Positions 26,381 to 37,922 of a DNA stretch of 64,000 bases are shown in pieces; the first letter of the stretch is position 1; the number at the start of each line of letters is the position of its first letter. The notes under the pieces were generated by a model that was not told where the DNA came from, did not search any database, and saw only the letters and a list, made by a program, of their open reading frames with translations. Location: the IMG/VR virus record IMGVR_UViG_3300047564_004575, positions 8,661-72,660 of that record; one strand, 5' to 3'. Source of the stretch: a virus. The translations under genes and the position numbers were made by a program.

Positions 26381-29300
26381 TTAACGCATCTTACGTCGAT
26401 AGGTTCTTGCACCCTCGTCCTGTATTTGGGATTGGGATTTGCGGAAACTATCGGCGTTTGGTGTATTAATCACATAGGTCTGATTAAACTTATTGACCGT
26501 ATTAGTGCGTGAATTATTGACCGATTGAGAAGTGTTAGCGCCGCCAGCATTGACTAGGTTTTCCCAATTGCCTTGATAGTTGCGAGATTGAGTAAATAGG
26601 CGATCGCTACCGTTAGCAAAGTTGGGGATTTTATCCCAATTACCAGACCGTTTCAGAGCTTGGAATTTTTGAGCATCACCATTGAGAGTCGATAGAATAG
26701 CCTCACCGTCGTTCACTACTGCCAACATAGGCTTGCGACCTGTCATAGCTGATTCTTTAGCCATCACTTGGTCTAGACCATTAGCAAACTGAGGGATAAA
26801 AGAAGCACCTAGATTAACAAGGGAACCAAAGAAACCGGGTGAAGATTCAGAACCTTGTAATTGCGGAATAGCTTGCTGACCATAACCGAATAGATTAGAT
26901 GCTTGCTCGGCTAAAAAGTTAGTGAATGGCATCATAACCAATCGGTCAAATAATGTTGACGCAACAACGTCTAAAGTTTTAGTGAGAGCCTCAGTAAAGT
27001 TATTGGTTTGGAATACAGCTTCTTTCAAGTTTGCTCCTAGTTCCTTAACAAAAGGCACAGCCTCACTAAAGGATTGTTTTAAGTTGATATCAGCAATTTC
27101 TTGAGCCATTGCAACATATTGTGCCCGTTGATCACCTTCCAAACTTAATTCGTCAGCTTGAATATTTGCCCGTTTACTAGCAGTTGCCGCCATCAAACGA
27201 GCTTGGAGAATAGCGCCATCGTTTACCAACGTTCCGCCTAGATTATATTTAGCCGTGGACAGTTCCGCCATCTTGCCTACATATCCATCAACCAAAGCTA
27301 ATTGCTCTTGTAAATAAGCGCGGTTTTGGGCATTAGATTGGGCAATTCCTTTAGTCGTTTCTAGTTGTTTTTTTGATGCCTCTAGTAGTTCAATTTGTTG
27401 GTCATATTGAGCGTAAGTTGTCTCTAGTCTGTCCAACTCAGCTTGTTTTTGTTCTTCACTGTAACCGGCAGCTTTAGCAATAACTTCTAAGTTGGCGATC
27501 GCCATTTCTTTGCCGTCAGTTAATCGAGTCATATCCCGAATGGAATCAGAGATAGAACGTATTTGATTTTCATATTGGGAGGCAACATCTTGACCGGCTT
27601 GATTAACTTTTTGGGTAATCGTCAACCATCCTTTAGATGACTCCGTTAACTGTTTAACGCTTAGGTTAGCATCATGAACACTGCGATTAGTGGACTCCAA
27701 ACCGTCTTTTGTTGCGTTGACAAATTGCTGATAAGAGTCAATTAATTGAGCGACATTTAATCGAGCTTGGGCATCAACTCCCGCCTGTTTTAGTGCATTT
27801 AACTTGTCGCCTAGTTTGTCAATATGTGCGACTTGAGCCAACAAAGGATTAATGTCTTGGGGCTGATAAGCCTCCATCATATAGCCACCGACAGACGTAT
27901 TTTGAGCAGATTCGTAAGAGCCAATCGGGTCAAAACCTTGGGGCAATGGTGGCGATTCTTGATAGGTAAATTGAGTAGGATAATTAACGTATTCAGGTTG
28001 TTGATAAAACTGCTCAGGAATTACATTACCAGCATTATTGATAGGCGCATTAGACCCCATCGTAATAGTCGCCTGAGCTTTAATCATAGGCGGGGTTTGT
28101 TTCTGGAAATTATTATTTAACAGTTTCCGGTAACTTGCTTCCGATTGCCATTTCCAGTCATCACCAGCCCAGTAAACTTCTTTGCCATTACGGATTGCTT
28201 GCGATCCTAATGGGCGTTGACTGGCTTGTTGTTCTGATTGAATTTGAGTGCGTGCATTGGCAACCTGACGCTGTTGTTTAGCTTTTTGGAAATTAGCAAT
28301 ATCAACCATTCTTTCGTCAGGCGTTCTACCTACATATCGTTCAAATTGTCGCTGTAACTGAGCATCTATTGAGCGGTATTCAGCCAATTGTTTAATCAAT
28401 ACCTGTAAGTCTTTTTTGCTAATAGTAGACCCCAAAGCATCGACATACATATTCATAAAGTTGCGAGCCAAGTTTAACCGTTGGGCCATTGGCGTTGTGG
28501 TATTAGCAGGATTGACTAACTCTTCTTTTTTAATAACCCTTGGCTTAGGCGCTGGTTTAGGGCTAGGTGATGGTTGGGCATTAGCCGGGGGGATTAGGCT
28601 GGGATTAGGGAAAGCATAGGGATTATCTTTTTTGATTTGTTGAACGGCACTTTTACCTGTCTCGCGTTTAGGTGTCACGAACGGTACTCGCAACGCATCA
28701 TAACCAAAGTTTGCTACACCGTTTAAAAAGTTCTGAATAGGCTTAACAATAATCTCTTTTAACTGAGCATTCGATTCAAATTTAATCTCACCAGGATTAA
28801 CGCCAAAGTTAAGGGATTGCATTTGATTGGTAGGCTGTTGTAACTGTCGTTGCATATTCAAAACCGAGTTAGCATACCCAGTCCCTTTACCTGTTCCAAG
28901 ATTACCAAGCCCTGCATTGTAAGCAGCTAATGCTTTACGCCAATCCCCTGTTTTCTCATAAAGTAACCGCACATACTTCATGGCAATCTCGATGTTTTTC
29001 TGTACATCAAAACGGTCATTAGGATTATATCCAACATCTTTTGCTGCACCCCAACCTACCTGCATAGTGCCAACAAACGGGCCATATTTATCTTGGCTAG
29101 GAGACTTCATAATCTGCCCATCACTACGAGTATGACGATAGGTTCCTACGATAGGATTACCATTTTTGTCACGGGTTCCCGTTTCTTGGCTAGCCATCGC
29201 CAAGGCGATTTCAGCCGGTACATTAAATCGATTAGCGATGTTAACAATCACCGGCGTTAACGGATTATTGGCGACTCGCTGATTGTTCCAAATAGAAGAT

Positions 29301-32300
29301 TGTACCCGTGTCTGTACTGGTAGTGTGGTCTGTTGTTGTATCGGCTTAGGCTGTGAAATCTCACTAGGACTACCAGCAAAACCACCATACTGATTAGCAA
29401 AGTCTTTTAACCCTTGAATGTCTCCACGACTATAGGTACGGGTTGATTGAGTGGGTTGACTAACCCGATTATTCTTATCGCTCGGTACGGGGTCAATAGG
29501 ACGATTTAAAGGAGTTGCGATCGCCCGACCATTCATAGCCTGTTGTGGTGGCGCTACCCGTTGAGCAAGGGGTAAAATCATCGCAGGATTGTAGCTAGGA
29601 ACGCCCTGTAATTGACGGGTTAAATCTTGACCTTTAGCACTAGATTTATCGGCACGATTCATTGCAATAGTCATGTCTTGAATTGACCGAATAAATCCCC
29701 TTGCCGCTTGTTTCATATTACGATCAAGGTCAAAGAATGACCGATTCAATGTAATGACTTGACGGTTAAAATCACGGGTGGCATCTCGCTGTTTTTCTTC
29801 AAATTCCCTGATTTGACGTAACCGTCCGATGCGTTCTTTTTCCAAATTCAAAACATCAATTTTGATTTGTCGCTCATTAGTGTTGTTACTAAATACCGAT
29901 TCGGTATAACGAAGCATAATGTCATTCAGTTGCCGCGCAATACTGCCAGAATTACCAGGGGTGATAGATAGGTTATTAATCCGTAATTGAGTCAGTTCTA
30001 GCTGGTCTTGAGCATCATTAATTGCCTTACCAACGGATTCGACTTGAACATTAAAATCAAATGCCATGTCTTGGTAAGATTCGGCTAAAGCTCGATTACT
30101 ACGCCGCAAACTAACACTGGCATCTGCTAACTGGAAACCTAAATCTTGTAGTGAACGTTGGTCTTGGATTTGTTGTGATTCAATTTGTAGCTTCAAATCC
30201 GCTACTTGACGGGCTGTATTGCGATAGTAATCTTCAAAACCAAAGTCCTGGGTTAAATCATATTTTGCCTTAGCAATAGAGCTGCCTGCATTAGCTAGTT
30301 CGACTGACTGTTCCCTTACTCGACCACGTAATTCTTCAATCTTAGATCGTTTCTCGGAGCTATCGCCAACATTAGAAATAGATAAAGCCTCTGCTAAAGC
30401 CTGCTCATTTTCCCGTAAGGTTTTAGCTAAAATAGCGTAGTCTTTTTTAGCCCCCTCAAGTGTTGTTTCTTGCACTTTCCGGTTAACAATCAAGCTACCT
30501 CCGCCCTGATTGTAGATATCTTCAGTGGACTTACTCAAGGCAATGGCGTTAACCGCCTTGACTCGATTCAAGGCTGATTCAACGTCTTGGATTTTATTGA
30601 CAACCCGATCCCAAACATCCTCTAATGGTTTAGCAATCTGGGTTATTCCTTGACCGGCAAAATAATTCTTAATTTCTTCCGATAGTTGTTTTAACGGTTC
30701 TAGACGCTGTTCCGCTGCACGTTTAGCCGAGTCTTGCCATCCAGAGTTATTGATTGCATCAGTCTGGGATTTAACAAAAGATTCTAAATCTTTAGAAAAA
30801 GAATCAAGTTCAATAAATGGCTTAGCCAGTTCTTTGCGGGTTTTAAGTAAATCATTTAATTCTTGGTCTAGCTTGCGAACTTCTGCCCGTGATTGTGCGG
30901 TATTCTCTAGCCCTAACGTCATGCGAAGGTCTTGCTTCGCTTTCATTTTTGCATCAATATCCTTGACTTCATTTAAAGCATTTAAAGCATTAGAACTTAG
31001 TGGTTTAGTTAAGTCGTTAACATCAAAGGTCGTATTACCTTTTGACAGTTGATTGATTGCGTTTTTATATTCTTGGTCAAACCCAATAACAGAATCAAGA
31101 AATTGATCTTTTGCTAGCGTTGGAATCTCATTAGCATTCTTAATGTAATAGTCTGACACGCCTAGTCGCTTAGCTTCTGCAATCCGTTTTTCTGACATCG
31201 ACGTATCAGGAATTAAAGCATTAACAAAAGCAGATACCGGCGATTCTGTGACAAACGGGATTCGAGGGAGTTTCGGTAGCTTGTTAATTGCGTTAGATAG
31301 GGATAACACAACATCTCGCATCTTGCCCATTGCGCCAGTAGATGAGTTAATTTTATTAATCAAGTCATCAGACTTAAATGATTTCTCAGAACGTCCCATG
31401 AATATAGCTTCAAGATTAAGCTCTAGTCCCTTAGACGGTAATTTGATAGAGCTAATCGTTTTACCCGTTTTTGCACCCTGTTCCTCTAATGTTTTTAATG
31501 CTACTTTCATCGCATCTACTGAACCGATAAATGCTTTTCGCGCTTTGTTAGATTCGGATTCGACAGTGTTAGAAAAGTCGCTGCGAGCAAAAGCCATCAT
31601 GGCGACTGCTAAGCCTGCTTCAGCAGCTAACATAGCACCACCCATCAGAATCTTTTTAGCCGCCATCTGCTTCATGCGACGATTTAGTAATTCGTCACGT
31701 TGGGACTCATAACGGACTAGAGAATCATTCTCAGGGGATGACCCCAGATCTTTTTGATATAACCGCTTAAGTTCCCTTAATTCTTGTTGTTTTGCCTTGA
31801 TAGCGTCTTGACGAGTGATAATGTTGCCACTATTGTTTTGTTCTTGATCACGAAATCCTTCGATTATATTGTTCCGGTCTTGTTTATATTGATTTAACCT
31901 TTGATTGCGTTTTTGTTCTGTCGCTAATTTGCGTTGGACATTATATTGTTCTTTTATTTGTCGCAATTCAACTTCATTCATCGCAATAGCATCTTTGCGA
32001 CTAATCTTATTGTTTTCCATCGATTCATTAATTAGTGCCTCTCTTCGTTCTTTATAGTCTTTTAAATCATTCGAAACGGTATCAATTCTTAGTTGTTTAA
32101 ACTCATTACTATACTGCTTAAAAACATCGGCTGGTTTAACACCACCTACTGCGATTAACGTACCCCCCATTAAATCACCCATAGTACGCTTCATTGTTCG
32201 CATATTGACAACGGCATCGCTTATCGCTTTGCCCCATCCTATTACTGCCAATGACAAGTTTTTAAAAGTAGGAACCAAGAAAAGGTTAGCTAGTACCCTT

Positions 32301-35300
32301 ACTTGCTCAAACATAAAGACGAGGGATAGCATCTCAATCACCCCGCCTGGTATCGCTTTTTTGATACTTTCAATCCCTTTTACAACCGGCTCAAAAATAT
32401 TCTTAGACTCCTTAAATGGATCGAACATTGCTCCCATGTCGGCATCGCGCATATAGCGGTCAGCTACTGTAAAACCAGCGACAAACATATTGCCGACACC
32501 ACGACTCATGTTTTCCATGACATTGTTTTGGGTTCCAAAAAGATCGTCTACAATGTCTGCTACGGTGCCAATGATGAACGGGGTTAATGTTCCTAGTGAA
32601 TTTTTGAAGGCTGACAATAACAGATTACTTCCCCCTTTAGCCATATTGGCGATCGCAGGGGTTTTCATGATGAAAGATAAACCAATACCAATTGATGCCC
32701 ATACTGCAATCAACCCGGATACTGCCAAGGCGTTTAAGATTTTAAAGTTGTCCGCCATGAAGTTCAGGATGTTACCCCACGTATTTTTTACGAAGGTAAA
32801 TAATCCGCCATACGTATCAGCAAAGTTTTTATTGATTTTGAAGTTAATGTTTTCTAACCGACTACTTGCCGCGGCGTAATTATCACCCATCGATAAAGCG
32901 ACAGACCCGAAGTCATCTTTTAATACTTTGGTGACACCTGTTACCCATTTCTCAGTACCGATAGCACCACGGCTAACCATGTCATCTAATCCCGCCGTAG
33001 TGGTATCTAATGCCTTAGCAAAAACACTCATTGCAGGGGGAAATCGCTCACCTAATTGTTGACGCAATTCCTCCATGCTAATCCTGCCCTTTGCCAACAT
33101 TTGAGTGTAAGCCATAAAGATTAGGTCAGCATCTTGGGTACTTAACCCCAACGCTCGGATTGAAGCAGAAATACCCTCAAACAAATCCATCATCTCCTGT
33201 CCTGTGAGGTTGGTATTTTGAGCGGCGATCGCCATCTGAGAAAAGTTTTGTACAGCCGGTTCGACGGGTATAGAATACTTGTTAGCAATATCAGTGATTT
33301 TTTGTTGTTTTTCTTCCCCTAACTCTGAAGTTCCCTCAAGTGTTATAAATCGTTGCTTGATAGGCTCCTGTTGTAATAATGCTTGGTCTATTCGCTGTAC
33401 AACCGGAGCAACTAAGCTACCGACTGCCAATGTTGCCATAGCAGGGGGGACTAAAGGCATAAATAGAGGAGCTGCGGCGATCGCGGGCATTAATTGAGGT
33501 GTAAATGTAGATGCCCCAGCCATTGCAAAGGTGACAATTTGACTCATTAAGTTACCGTCTAGTCCGGTTTTTTCACCTAAAGAAGTCCGAATTTTGCGCA
33601 TAAAATTGTCATAATACTCGACAGTCCCTTCTCCCAAATTCTTCTCAGCGGTATCGCGTATTTTGTCAATTAACTTTGATTCATCAGCTCGTTTATAGAT
33701 AGATTCCCCACCTTGTTTTGCAGCAAAAAACAGAGAAGACAATCCAACGGATTTTAGTAATCCTTTAATGCCACCTACCACCGGATTATCACCTAGTTGA
33801 TTGTCGGCAATGTTATCTAATAAACGACTTGCAATAGAAGCTCGTCGATCCGTCCCAATCGTCTCTTTAATTGCGTTTTGTACTTCTTGGGTTACATTAC
33901 CAGTGCCTATCTGATTACCTTGCTGATTAACGCCAAATCCTTGGGTAGCTCGTTTTTCCTGTTCATCATTATTCCTGCTACCAAAGAATCTTTTAACACG
34001 ACTACTAAGTTTAGAGATAATGCCTTCATTGATGCTGACAACATCTTCAAATACCTGGTCGGCAACAGTTGTCATCACCTTATCTTTTTTGGCTTTTACG
34101 CTATCTCTGAATTGACGTTCTTTTAAAGCGATCGCATCTATAGACTTCTGATAACGTTCAAACTCCCGTAAACGCTGTTCCTTGACTTTAATTAGTTCAT
34201 CTTGGGCACTACGATTTTGTGCAATAGCAATTTGCTCTTTCCTTGCAATATCACGCTGTTCTTTGGCTTCTTTTTGATTAACATTAGCCAGCAACCCATT
34301 GTAGCGAGTTTCAATAGCGGGGGATAAATCCTGGTATTGATTTAATTCAGTTTGACGATTTTGTTTAGCCGCATTACGACGACGATTAAACTGTTCACGG
34401 ATGCGTTTTTGTGATTCCTGACTACGACCATCTAATGATCGCAACATGGCAACTTGTAATCCATTGTCAAGTTCATCATATTTTTTATTGATTTCATCAC
34501 GGGCGATTTTATTGTTAGCATCAATCTCCCTCGATTCTGCTAACTCTTTATTCATTCGTTGGGTGATTTTAGCTCTTACAGCATTATATTTGGAGCTTAC
34601 GTCATTACGTTGTGACCCGATATCACTAAGGCTAGATTCTAGCTGATCAGCCAACAATTGATTACTTTTATCAAAATCTTGCTGAACTTTATTGACAGCA
34701 TCTTTTAATCCAACGCCATACCGTTCAAAAAACTTTTTATCAACTTTTGACTTAGCAGTTCTCAAAAACGCAATGTAATTATTGACATCGTTAGAGACTA
34801 AATCTAATCCGCCAATGGTCGTAATTTTATCCATCTTAGATAAAATCTGACCGCCATCATTTAGGCTTGTTTTTGGTATTTTGTTGCCATTGCCAGTAGG
34901 GACAGGAATATTATTTAATGTTGTAGGATTGTAGATCTTTGCAAATTGGTCTTCGGCAAATCCAATTCGCCCCGCTTCGTTTTTACCTAGAGCAAAAAGC
35001 TTAACTGAATTAGCAGTAATGGAGTCAATTTTTTGATTAACAAATTTAGCAGTCTTATCCCAATTCTTACGAATCCAGTCAGTGGGGCCAGGTGAACCTT
35101 CAGACATATTTTTTTGTAACGGATAGGCTTGTTTTTTAGCCGTTTCCGTCATCTCCCACATATCATCTTGTACAGCTTTCTTGGTTTTCTCCCAATTTTC
35201 TTCTATTTTTTTATTCTCATTTTTTGATGCCTTTATTTTAGTAATATCAGGCATTTCAACAGCGTCAGCATCAAGGGTTACGCCTTTAAATGCCGACTCA

Positions 35301-37591
35301 TCCATTTTGTATTTTTTGACATCAAAACCAAATCCTTTACCTTGCTCTTCTAGTCGCTTAACTTGAGCTTTAAAAGCACTAGATAAAGAAGCAATATCAC
35401 CCTTCATTCTGTCCAACGGGTCAATAGTTCCCCGCATTTTAGCTAAGAATTCAAACGTTACTTTTTGAGCTGCTTTATATTGTGATTCCCAGTCACTTTG
35501 AACAGTGGACTGAATGATAGGATCTAACTGTTTAAATTCAGCCGGCTTGAGTTGTTTTAAGCCTGGCAATGCTACCGATTGAGGCATAAAATCGCCTTGA
35601 TTAGCCCGTTCAATTCCCGCAGCCTTTGGTAAATACTCTCCAATTAACTTACGTTGATTTGCAGGCAAGGTCGGCAAGTAAGCATCAAGATTCTGAGCTT
35701 TTTCAATCAACTTAGATACTTTACTAGATGCAACCTTACCTACACTCTCAATCTGTCTATAAAGTTTAGGCTGTTCTGTAGATGGGGCGATCGCCTCAGT
35801 GATTTTGTTTTGAGCTTTCTTAGCCCCCGCCTCACCCAATACCCGTAAACTTTGACCACCCAAGACAGCCGCACCGATTTCAGCCCCTCCACCCGTAACA
35901 AAACCGACTGCGGTTTGAATAGCAGACTGGAGATTACCAATGATGGCATTGGCTAATGGATTGCCCATAGCACTAGGTAGAACGCCGGTAATTTCTCGAA
36001 CCAATCCGCTAATCGTTTGAACAAACCCCGCCTCTAACGGATTAACCCCACTGGCGATCGCATCCTTCACTAGATGGGTAATCAACTGTGCGATTTGATG
36101 TCCCCCTGGTAACTGAGAGATACCGGCAAAAGCCGCAGTCGGGATAGCAATTTTAGCAGTGGTTTGAATAGCACCTTTCGCTTTGTTGGGCATCCCCATC
36201 GGGTCTAGAGAAAACACACCTTGCTCGATTGCTTTCGCACCCTTGTACCCAGCTTGACCAATTCCTATTGCTCCCCTTACCCCTGCCTTGGCTGATTCGA
36301 CTAATGTGGAGATAGCTTCTCCCTTTAAATCCCCAGCCGCCAACTTTCCCTTCTCCGCCATCAAACTAACGGATTGTTTCGGCTTAGTCAGGTAATCCAT
36401 GACCGTTGGATTATCCGTAGTCCGTACAATGACATCACTATCAACTTTTGCCCCTTTTTGATATTCAATTAATCGGTCACGATACCCCTTCATTACAGGG
36501 TCATCACCGACATCACCGATTGTTTTTAGTTGGCTAGAAATATCGTTCTTGATTTGTCGAACTTGTTTATAGTCATTACTATTTACCGCTAAATCTAAAC
36601 GACTAGACAGTTCACCGATTAACTTTTCAGCATCACGATACTGTTTTAACTTGGCTGATACTTGTCCAGAAACAGCATTTAAAGTAGCAGACAATTTGGC
36701 GATCGCATCAATCTGTAAATTGACTTGCTGCCCCATCGCAATTACTTCTGCATTGGATGGGATACCTTTAGCCCCAATCGTTTTATTTGATTCTCTTAAA
36801 TTTTCCTTGATTGTTTTTGACTGTTGTTTTAAATCATCAATAACAGCCTTTTCTTTGTCTAAACCTTTTGACTTCGATACTGACTTGGAAACACTACCAA
36901 GTAAGTCATCAACATCATCCATCTGGGATTGATACTGTTTAATCCTTTCAGCTTCTTTTTTCTTAGCTTGTACATTCGGGAAAGCGTAACTGATCGTAGA
37001 GTCAGCCGCTTTTTTACCCATATCTTTTAAGTCAACATTTAAGTCTTGACTTAAAATAGACATAAAGCCTTCAGACAATTCTTTCGATATAGTCTGACCA
37101 AACCCTTCAAAAAAGCCCCTACCAATACCGGCTAATGGCGCAGTAGCAATATCTCCAAATTTATTAACTACTTTCTTTATTTCCCCGGTAAGCTTTTGTT
37201 CAACCTCATTAAATAAAGTCCCTGAACCGTAACCCTTGTCTTGACCCTGCCCCCCAGTACTACGATTAGACTGAGCACTATGATTATTTTTTTCACGCTC
37301 TTCTCTTAGCTCTTTTAATGATTCCTTGACTTCATCTACTTCAGATGTATCTACGCCAATAACAATAGGATTCTTTTTATAAAACTCTACGGTTTCCGAT
37401 AAGTGATCCTGCTTAACATCCAAAAGCTTGTTTAAATCATGCAAAGCTTTGGCGTTTACTTTAGGATTAATTGCGCCTGCCCGTTCAATCCGAGACAATT
37501 TAGCCATTGCTTTATTGACGGCACTATCAATATCACGGCTCAATTGAGAGTCATCAGCAACTAATTCTAAAACCAAAGTCTCAAGATTCAT
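26381..37591 (-). CDS. Tape measure protein with internal soluble lytic transglycosylase domain
   Basis: QMLAKGRISMEELRQQLGERFP tape-measure motif; coiled coils; SLT motifs MASQET, GTMQV, ALAAYNAG (~28850-29250). Confidence 0.9.
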   Translation of the reverse strand: MNLETLVLELVADDSQLSRDIDSAVNKAMAKLSRIERAGAINPKVNAKALHDLNKLLDVKQDHLSETVEFYKKNPIVIGVDTSEVDEVKESLKELREEREKNNHSAQSNRSTGGQGQDKGYGSGTLFNEVEQKLTGEIKKVVNKFGDIATAPLAGIGRGFFEGFGQTISKELSEGFMSILSQDLNVDLKDMGKKAADSTISYAFPNVQAKKKEAERIKQYQSQMDDVDDLLGSVSKSVSKSKGLDKEKAVIDDLKQQSKTIKENLRESNKTIGAKGIPSNAEVIAMGQQVNLQIDAIAKLSATLNAVSGQVSAKLKQYRDAEKLIGELSSRLDLAVNSNDYKQVRQIKNDISSQLKTIGDVGDDPVMKGYRDRLIEYQKGAKVDSDVIVRTTDNPTVMDYLTKPKQSVSLMAEKGKLAAGDLKGEAISTLVESAKAGVRGAIGIGQAGYKGAKAIEQGVFSLDPMGMPNKAKGAIQTTAKIAIPTAAFAGISQLPGGHQIAQLITHLVKDAIASGVNPLEAGFVQTISGLVREITGVLPSAMGNPLANAIIGNLQSAIQTAVGFVTGGGAEIGAAVLGGQSLRVLGEAGAKKAQNKITEAIAPSTEQPKLYRQIESVGKVASSKVSKLIEKAQNLDAYLPTLPANQRKLIGEYLPKAAGIERANQGDFMPQSVALPGLKQLKPAEFKQLDPIIQSTVQSDWESQYKAAQKVTFEFLAKMRGTIDPLDRMKGDIASLSSAFKAQVKRLEEQGKGFGFDVKKYKMDESAFKGVTLDADAVEMPDITKIKASKNENKKIEENWEKTKKAVQDDMWEMTETAKKQAYPLQKNMSEGSPGPTDWIRKNWDKTAKFVNQKIDSITANSVKLFALGKNEAGRIGFAEDQFAKIYNPTTLNNIPVPTGNGNKIPKTSLNDGGQILSKMDKITTIGGLDLVSNDVNNYIAFLRTAKSKVDKKFFERYGVGLKDAVNKVQQDFDKSNQLLADQLESSLSDIGSQRNDVSSKYNAVRAKITQRMNKELAESREIDANNKIARDEINKKYDELDNGLQVAMLRSLDGRSQESQKRIREQFNRRRNAAKQNRQTELNQYQDLSPAIETRYNGLLANVNQKEAKEQRDIARKEQIAIAQNRSAQDELIKVKEQRLREFERYQKSIDAIALKERQFRDSVKAKKDKVMTTVADQVFEDVVSINEGIISKLSSRVKRFFGSRNNDEQEKRATQGFGVNQQGNQIGTGNVTQEVQNAIKETIGTDRRASIASRLLDNIADNQLGDNPVVGGIKGLLKSVGLSSLFFAAKQGGESIYKRADESKLIDKIRDTAEKNLGEGTVEYYDNFMRKIRTSLGEKTGLDGNLMSQIVTFAMAGASTFTPQLMPAIAAAPLFMPLVPPAMATLAVGSLVAPVVQRIDQALLQQEPIKQRFITLEGTSELGEEKQQKITDIANKYSIPVEPAVQNFSQMAIAAQNTNLTGQEMMDLFEGISASIRALGLSTQDADLIFMAYTQMLAKGRISMEELRQQLGERFPPAMSVFAKALDTTTAGLDDMVSRGAIGTEKWVTGVTKVLKDDFGSVALSMGDNYAAASSRLENINFKINKNFADTYGGLFTFVKNTWGNILNFMADNFKILNALAVSGLIAVWASIGIGLSFIMKTPAIANMAKGGSNLLLSAFKNSLGTLTPFIIGTVADIVDDLFGTQNNVMENMSRGVGNMFVAGFTVADRYMRDADMGAMFDPFKESKNIFEPVVKGIESIKKAIPGGVIEMLSLVFMFEQVRVLANLFLVPTFKNLSLAVIGWGKAISDAVVNMRTMKRTMGDLMGGTLIAVGGVKPADVFKQYSNEFKQLRIDTVSNDLKDYKERREALINESMENNKISRKDAIAMNEVELRQIKEQYNVQRKLATEQKRNQRLNQYKQDRNNIIEGFRDQEQNNSGNIITRQDAIKAKQQELRELKRLYQKDLGSSPENDSLVRYESQRDELLNRRMKQMAAKKILMGGAMLAAEAGLAVAMMAFARSDFSNTVESESNKARKAFIGSVDAMKVALKTLEEQGAKTGKTISSIKLPSKGLELNLEAIFMGRSEKSFKSDDLINKINSSTGAMGKMRDVVLSLSNAINKLPKLPRIPFVTESPVSAFVNALIPDTSMSEKRIAEAKRLGVSDYYIKNANEIPTLAKDQFLDSVIGFDQEYKNAINQLSKGNTTFDVNDLTKPLSSNALNALNEVKDIDAKMKAKQDLRMTLGLENTAQSRAEVRKLDQELNDLLKTRKELAKPFIELDSFSKDLESFVKSQTDAINNSGWQDSAKRAAEQRLEPLKQLSEEIKNYFAGQGITQIAKPLEDVWDRVVNKIQDVESALNRVKAVNAIALSKSTEDIYNQGGGSLIVNRKVQETTLEGAKKDYAILAKTLRENEQALAEALSISNVGDSSEKRSKIEELRGRVREQSVELANAGSSIAKAKYDLTQDFGFEDYYRNTARQVADLKLQIESQQIQDQRSLQDLGFQLADASVSLRRSNRALAESYQDMAFDFNVQVESVGKAINDAQDQLELTQLRINNLSITPGNSGSIARQLNDIMLRYTESVFSNNTNERQIKIDVLNLEKERIGRLRQIREFEEKQRDATRDFNRQVITLNRSFFDLDRNMKQAARGFIRSIQDMTIAMNRADKSSAKGQDLTRQLQGVPSYNPAMILPLAQRVAPPQQAMNGRAIATPLNRPIDPVPSDKNNRVSQPTQSTRTYSRGDIQGLKDFANQYGGFAGSPSEISQPKPIQQQTTLPVQTRVQSSIWNNQRVANNPLTPVIVNIANRFNVPAEIALAMASQETGTRDKNGNPIVGTYRHTRSDGQIMKSPSQDKYGPFVGTMQVGWGAAKDVGYNPNDRFDVQKNIEIAMKYVRLLYEKTGDWRKALAAYNAGLGNLGTGKGTGYANSVLNMQRQLQQPTNQMQSLNFGVNPGEIKFESNAQLKEIIVKPIQNFLNGVANFGYDALRVPFVTPKRETGKSAVQQIKKDNPYAFPNPSLIPPANAQPSPSPKPAPKPRVIKKEELVNPANTTTPMAQRLNLARNFMNMYVDALGSTISKKDLQVLIKQLAEYRSIDAQLQRQFERYVGRTPDERMVDIANFQKAKQQRQVANARTQIQSEQQASQRPLGSQAIRNGKEVYWAGDDWKWQSEASYRKLLNNNFQKQTPPMIKAQATITMGSNAPINNAGNVIPEQFYQQPEYVNYPTQFTYQESPPLPQGFDPIGSYESAQNTSVGGYMMEAYQPQDINPLLAQVAHIDKLGDKLNALKQAGVDAQARLNVAQLIDSYQQFVNATKDGLESTNRSVHDANLSVKQLTESSKGWLTITQKVNQAGQDVASQYENQIRSISDSIRDMTRLTDGKEMAIANLEVIAKAAGYSEEQKQAELDRLETTYAQYDQQIELLEASKKQLETTKGIAQSNAQNRAYLQEQLALVDGYVGKMAELSTAKYNLGGTLVNDGAILQARLMAATASKRANIQADELSLEGDQRAQYVAMAQEIADINLKQSFSEAVPFVKELGANLKEAVFQTNNFTEALTKTLDVVASTLFDRLVMMPFTNFLAEQASNLFGYGQQAIPQLQGSESSPGFFGSLVNLGASFIPQFANGLDQVMAKESAMTGRKPMLAVVNDGEAILSTLNGDAQKFQALKRSGNWDKIPNFANGSDRLFTQSRNYQGNWENLVNAGGANTSQSVNNSRTNTVNKFNQTYVINTPNADSFRKSQSQIQDEGARTYRRKMR

Positions 37592-37602
37592 ATCTCACCT
37601 AA

Positions 37603-37893
37603 TTAGCCTTCATTATTTATATTAAGACATTGATCCAAGTGCATCTGCTTATCCAAAAACATCACTGTTAATCCTTCCATTTCTATTTCTAATGGGCAGT
37701 CCCTTTCATAACAATCCACTGCTTGATCGACTAAATCACCAAAGTCATCTAATAAACATTTAACATACTTTGGATTGGTCTTTTCATCGCTCACGTTATT
37801 GCCGGAGTTATAACTTAAACCAATAGACCCCCCCAGTAAAAATCCTAAAATAAAGATAGTAGTGCCAACAAATAAACCCAACAAAAACGCCAT
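37603..37893 (-). CDS. Membrane-anchored hypothetical protein
   Basis: N-terminal hydrophobic helix. Confidence 0.6.
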   Translation of the reverse strand: MAFLLGLFVGTTIFILGFLLGGSIGLSYNSGNNVSDEKTNPKYVKCLLDDFGDLVDQAVDCYERDCPLEIEMEGLTVMFLDKQMHLDQCLNINNEG

Positions 37894-37922
37894 TTTAACC
37901 TCTAATTGTTAATAATATTCTA

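Noticed and set aside
26922-36932. Numerous 60-150-aa ORFs opposite or inside the tape measure gene, and similar ones inside other genes (e.g. 651-836, 8035-8289, 20128-20613, 59889-60143)
   Set aside because: Antisense or alternate-frame shadows of long genes, with no RBS or motif support.
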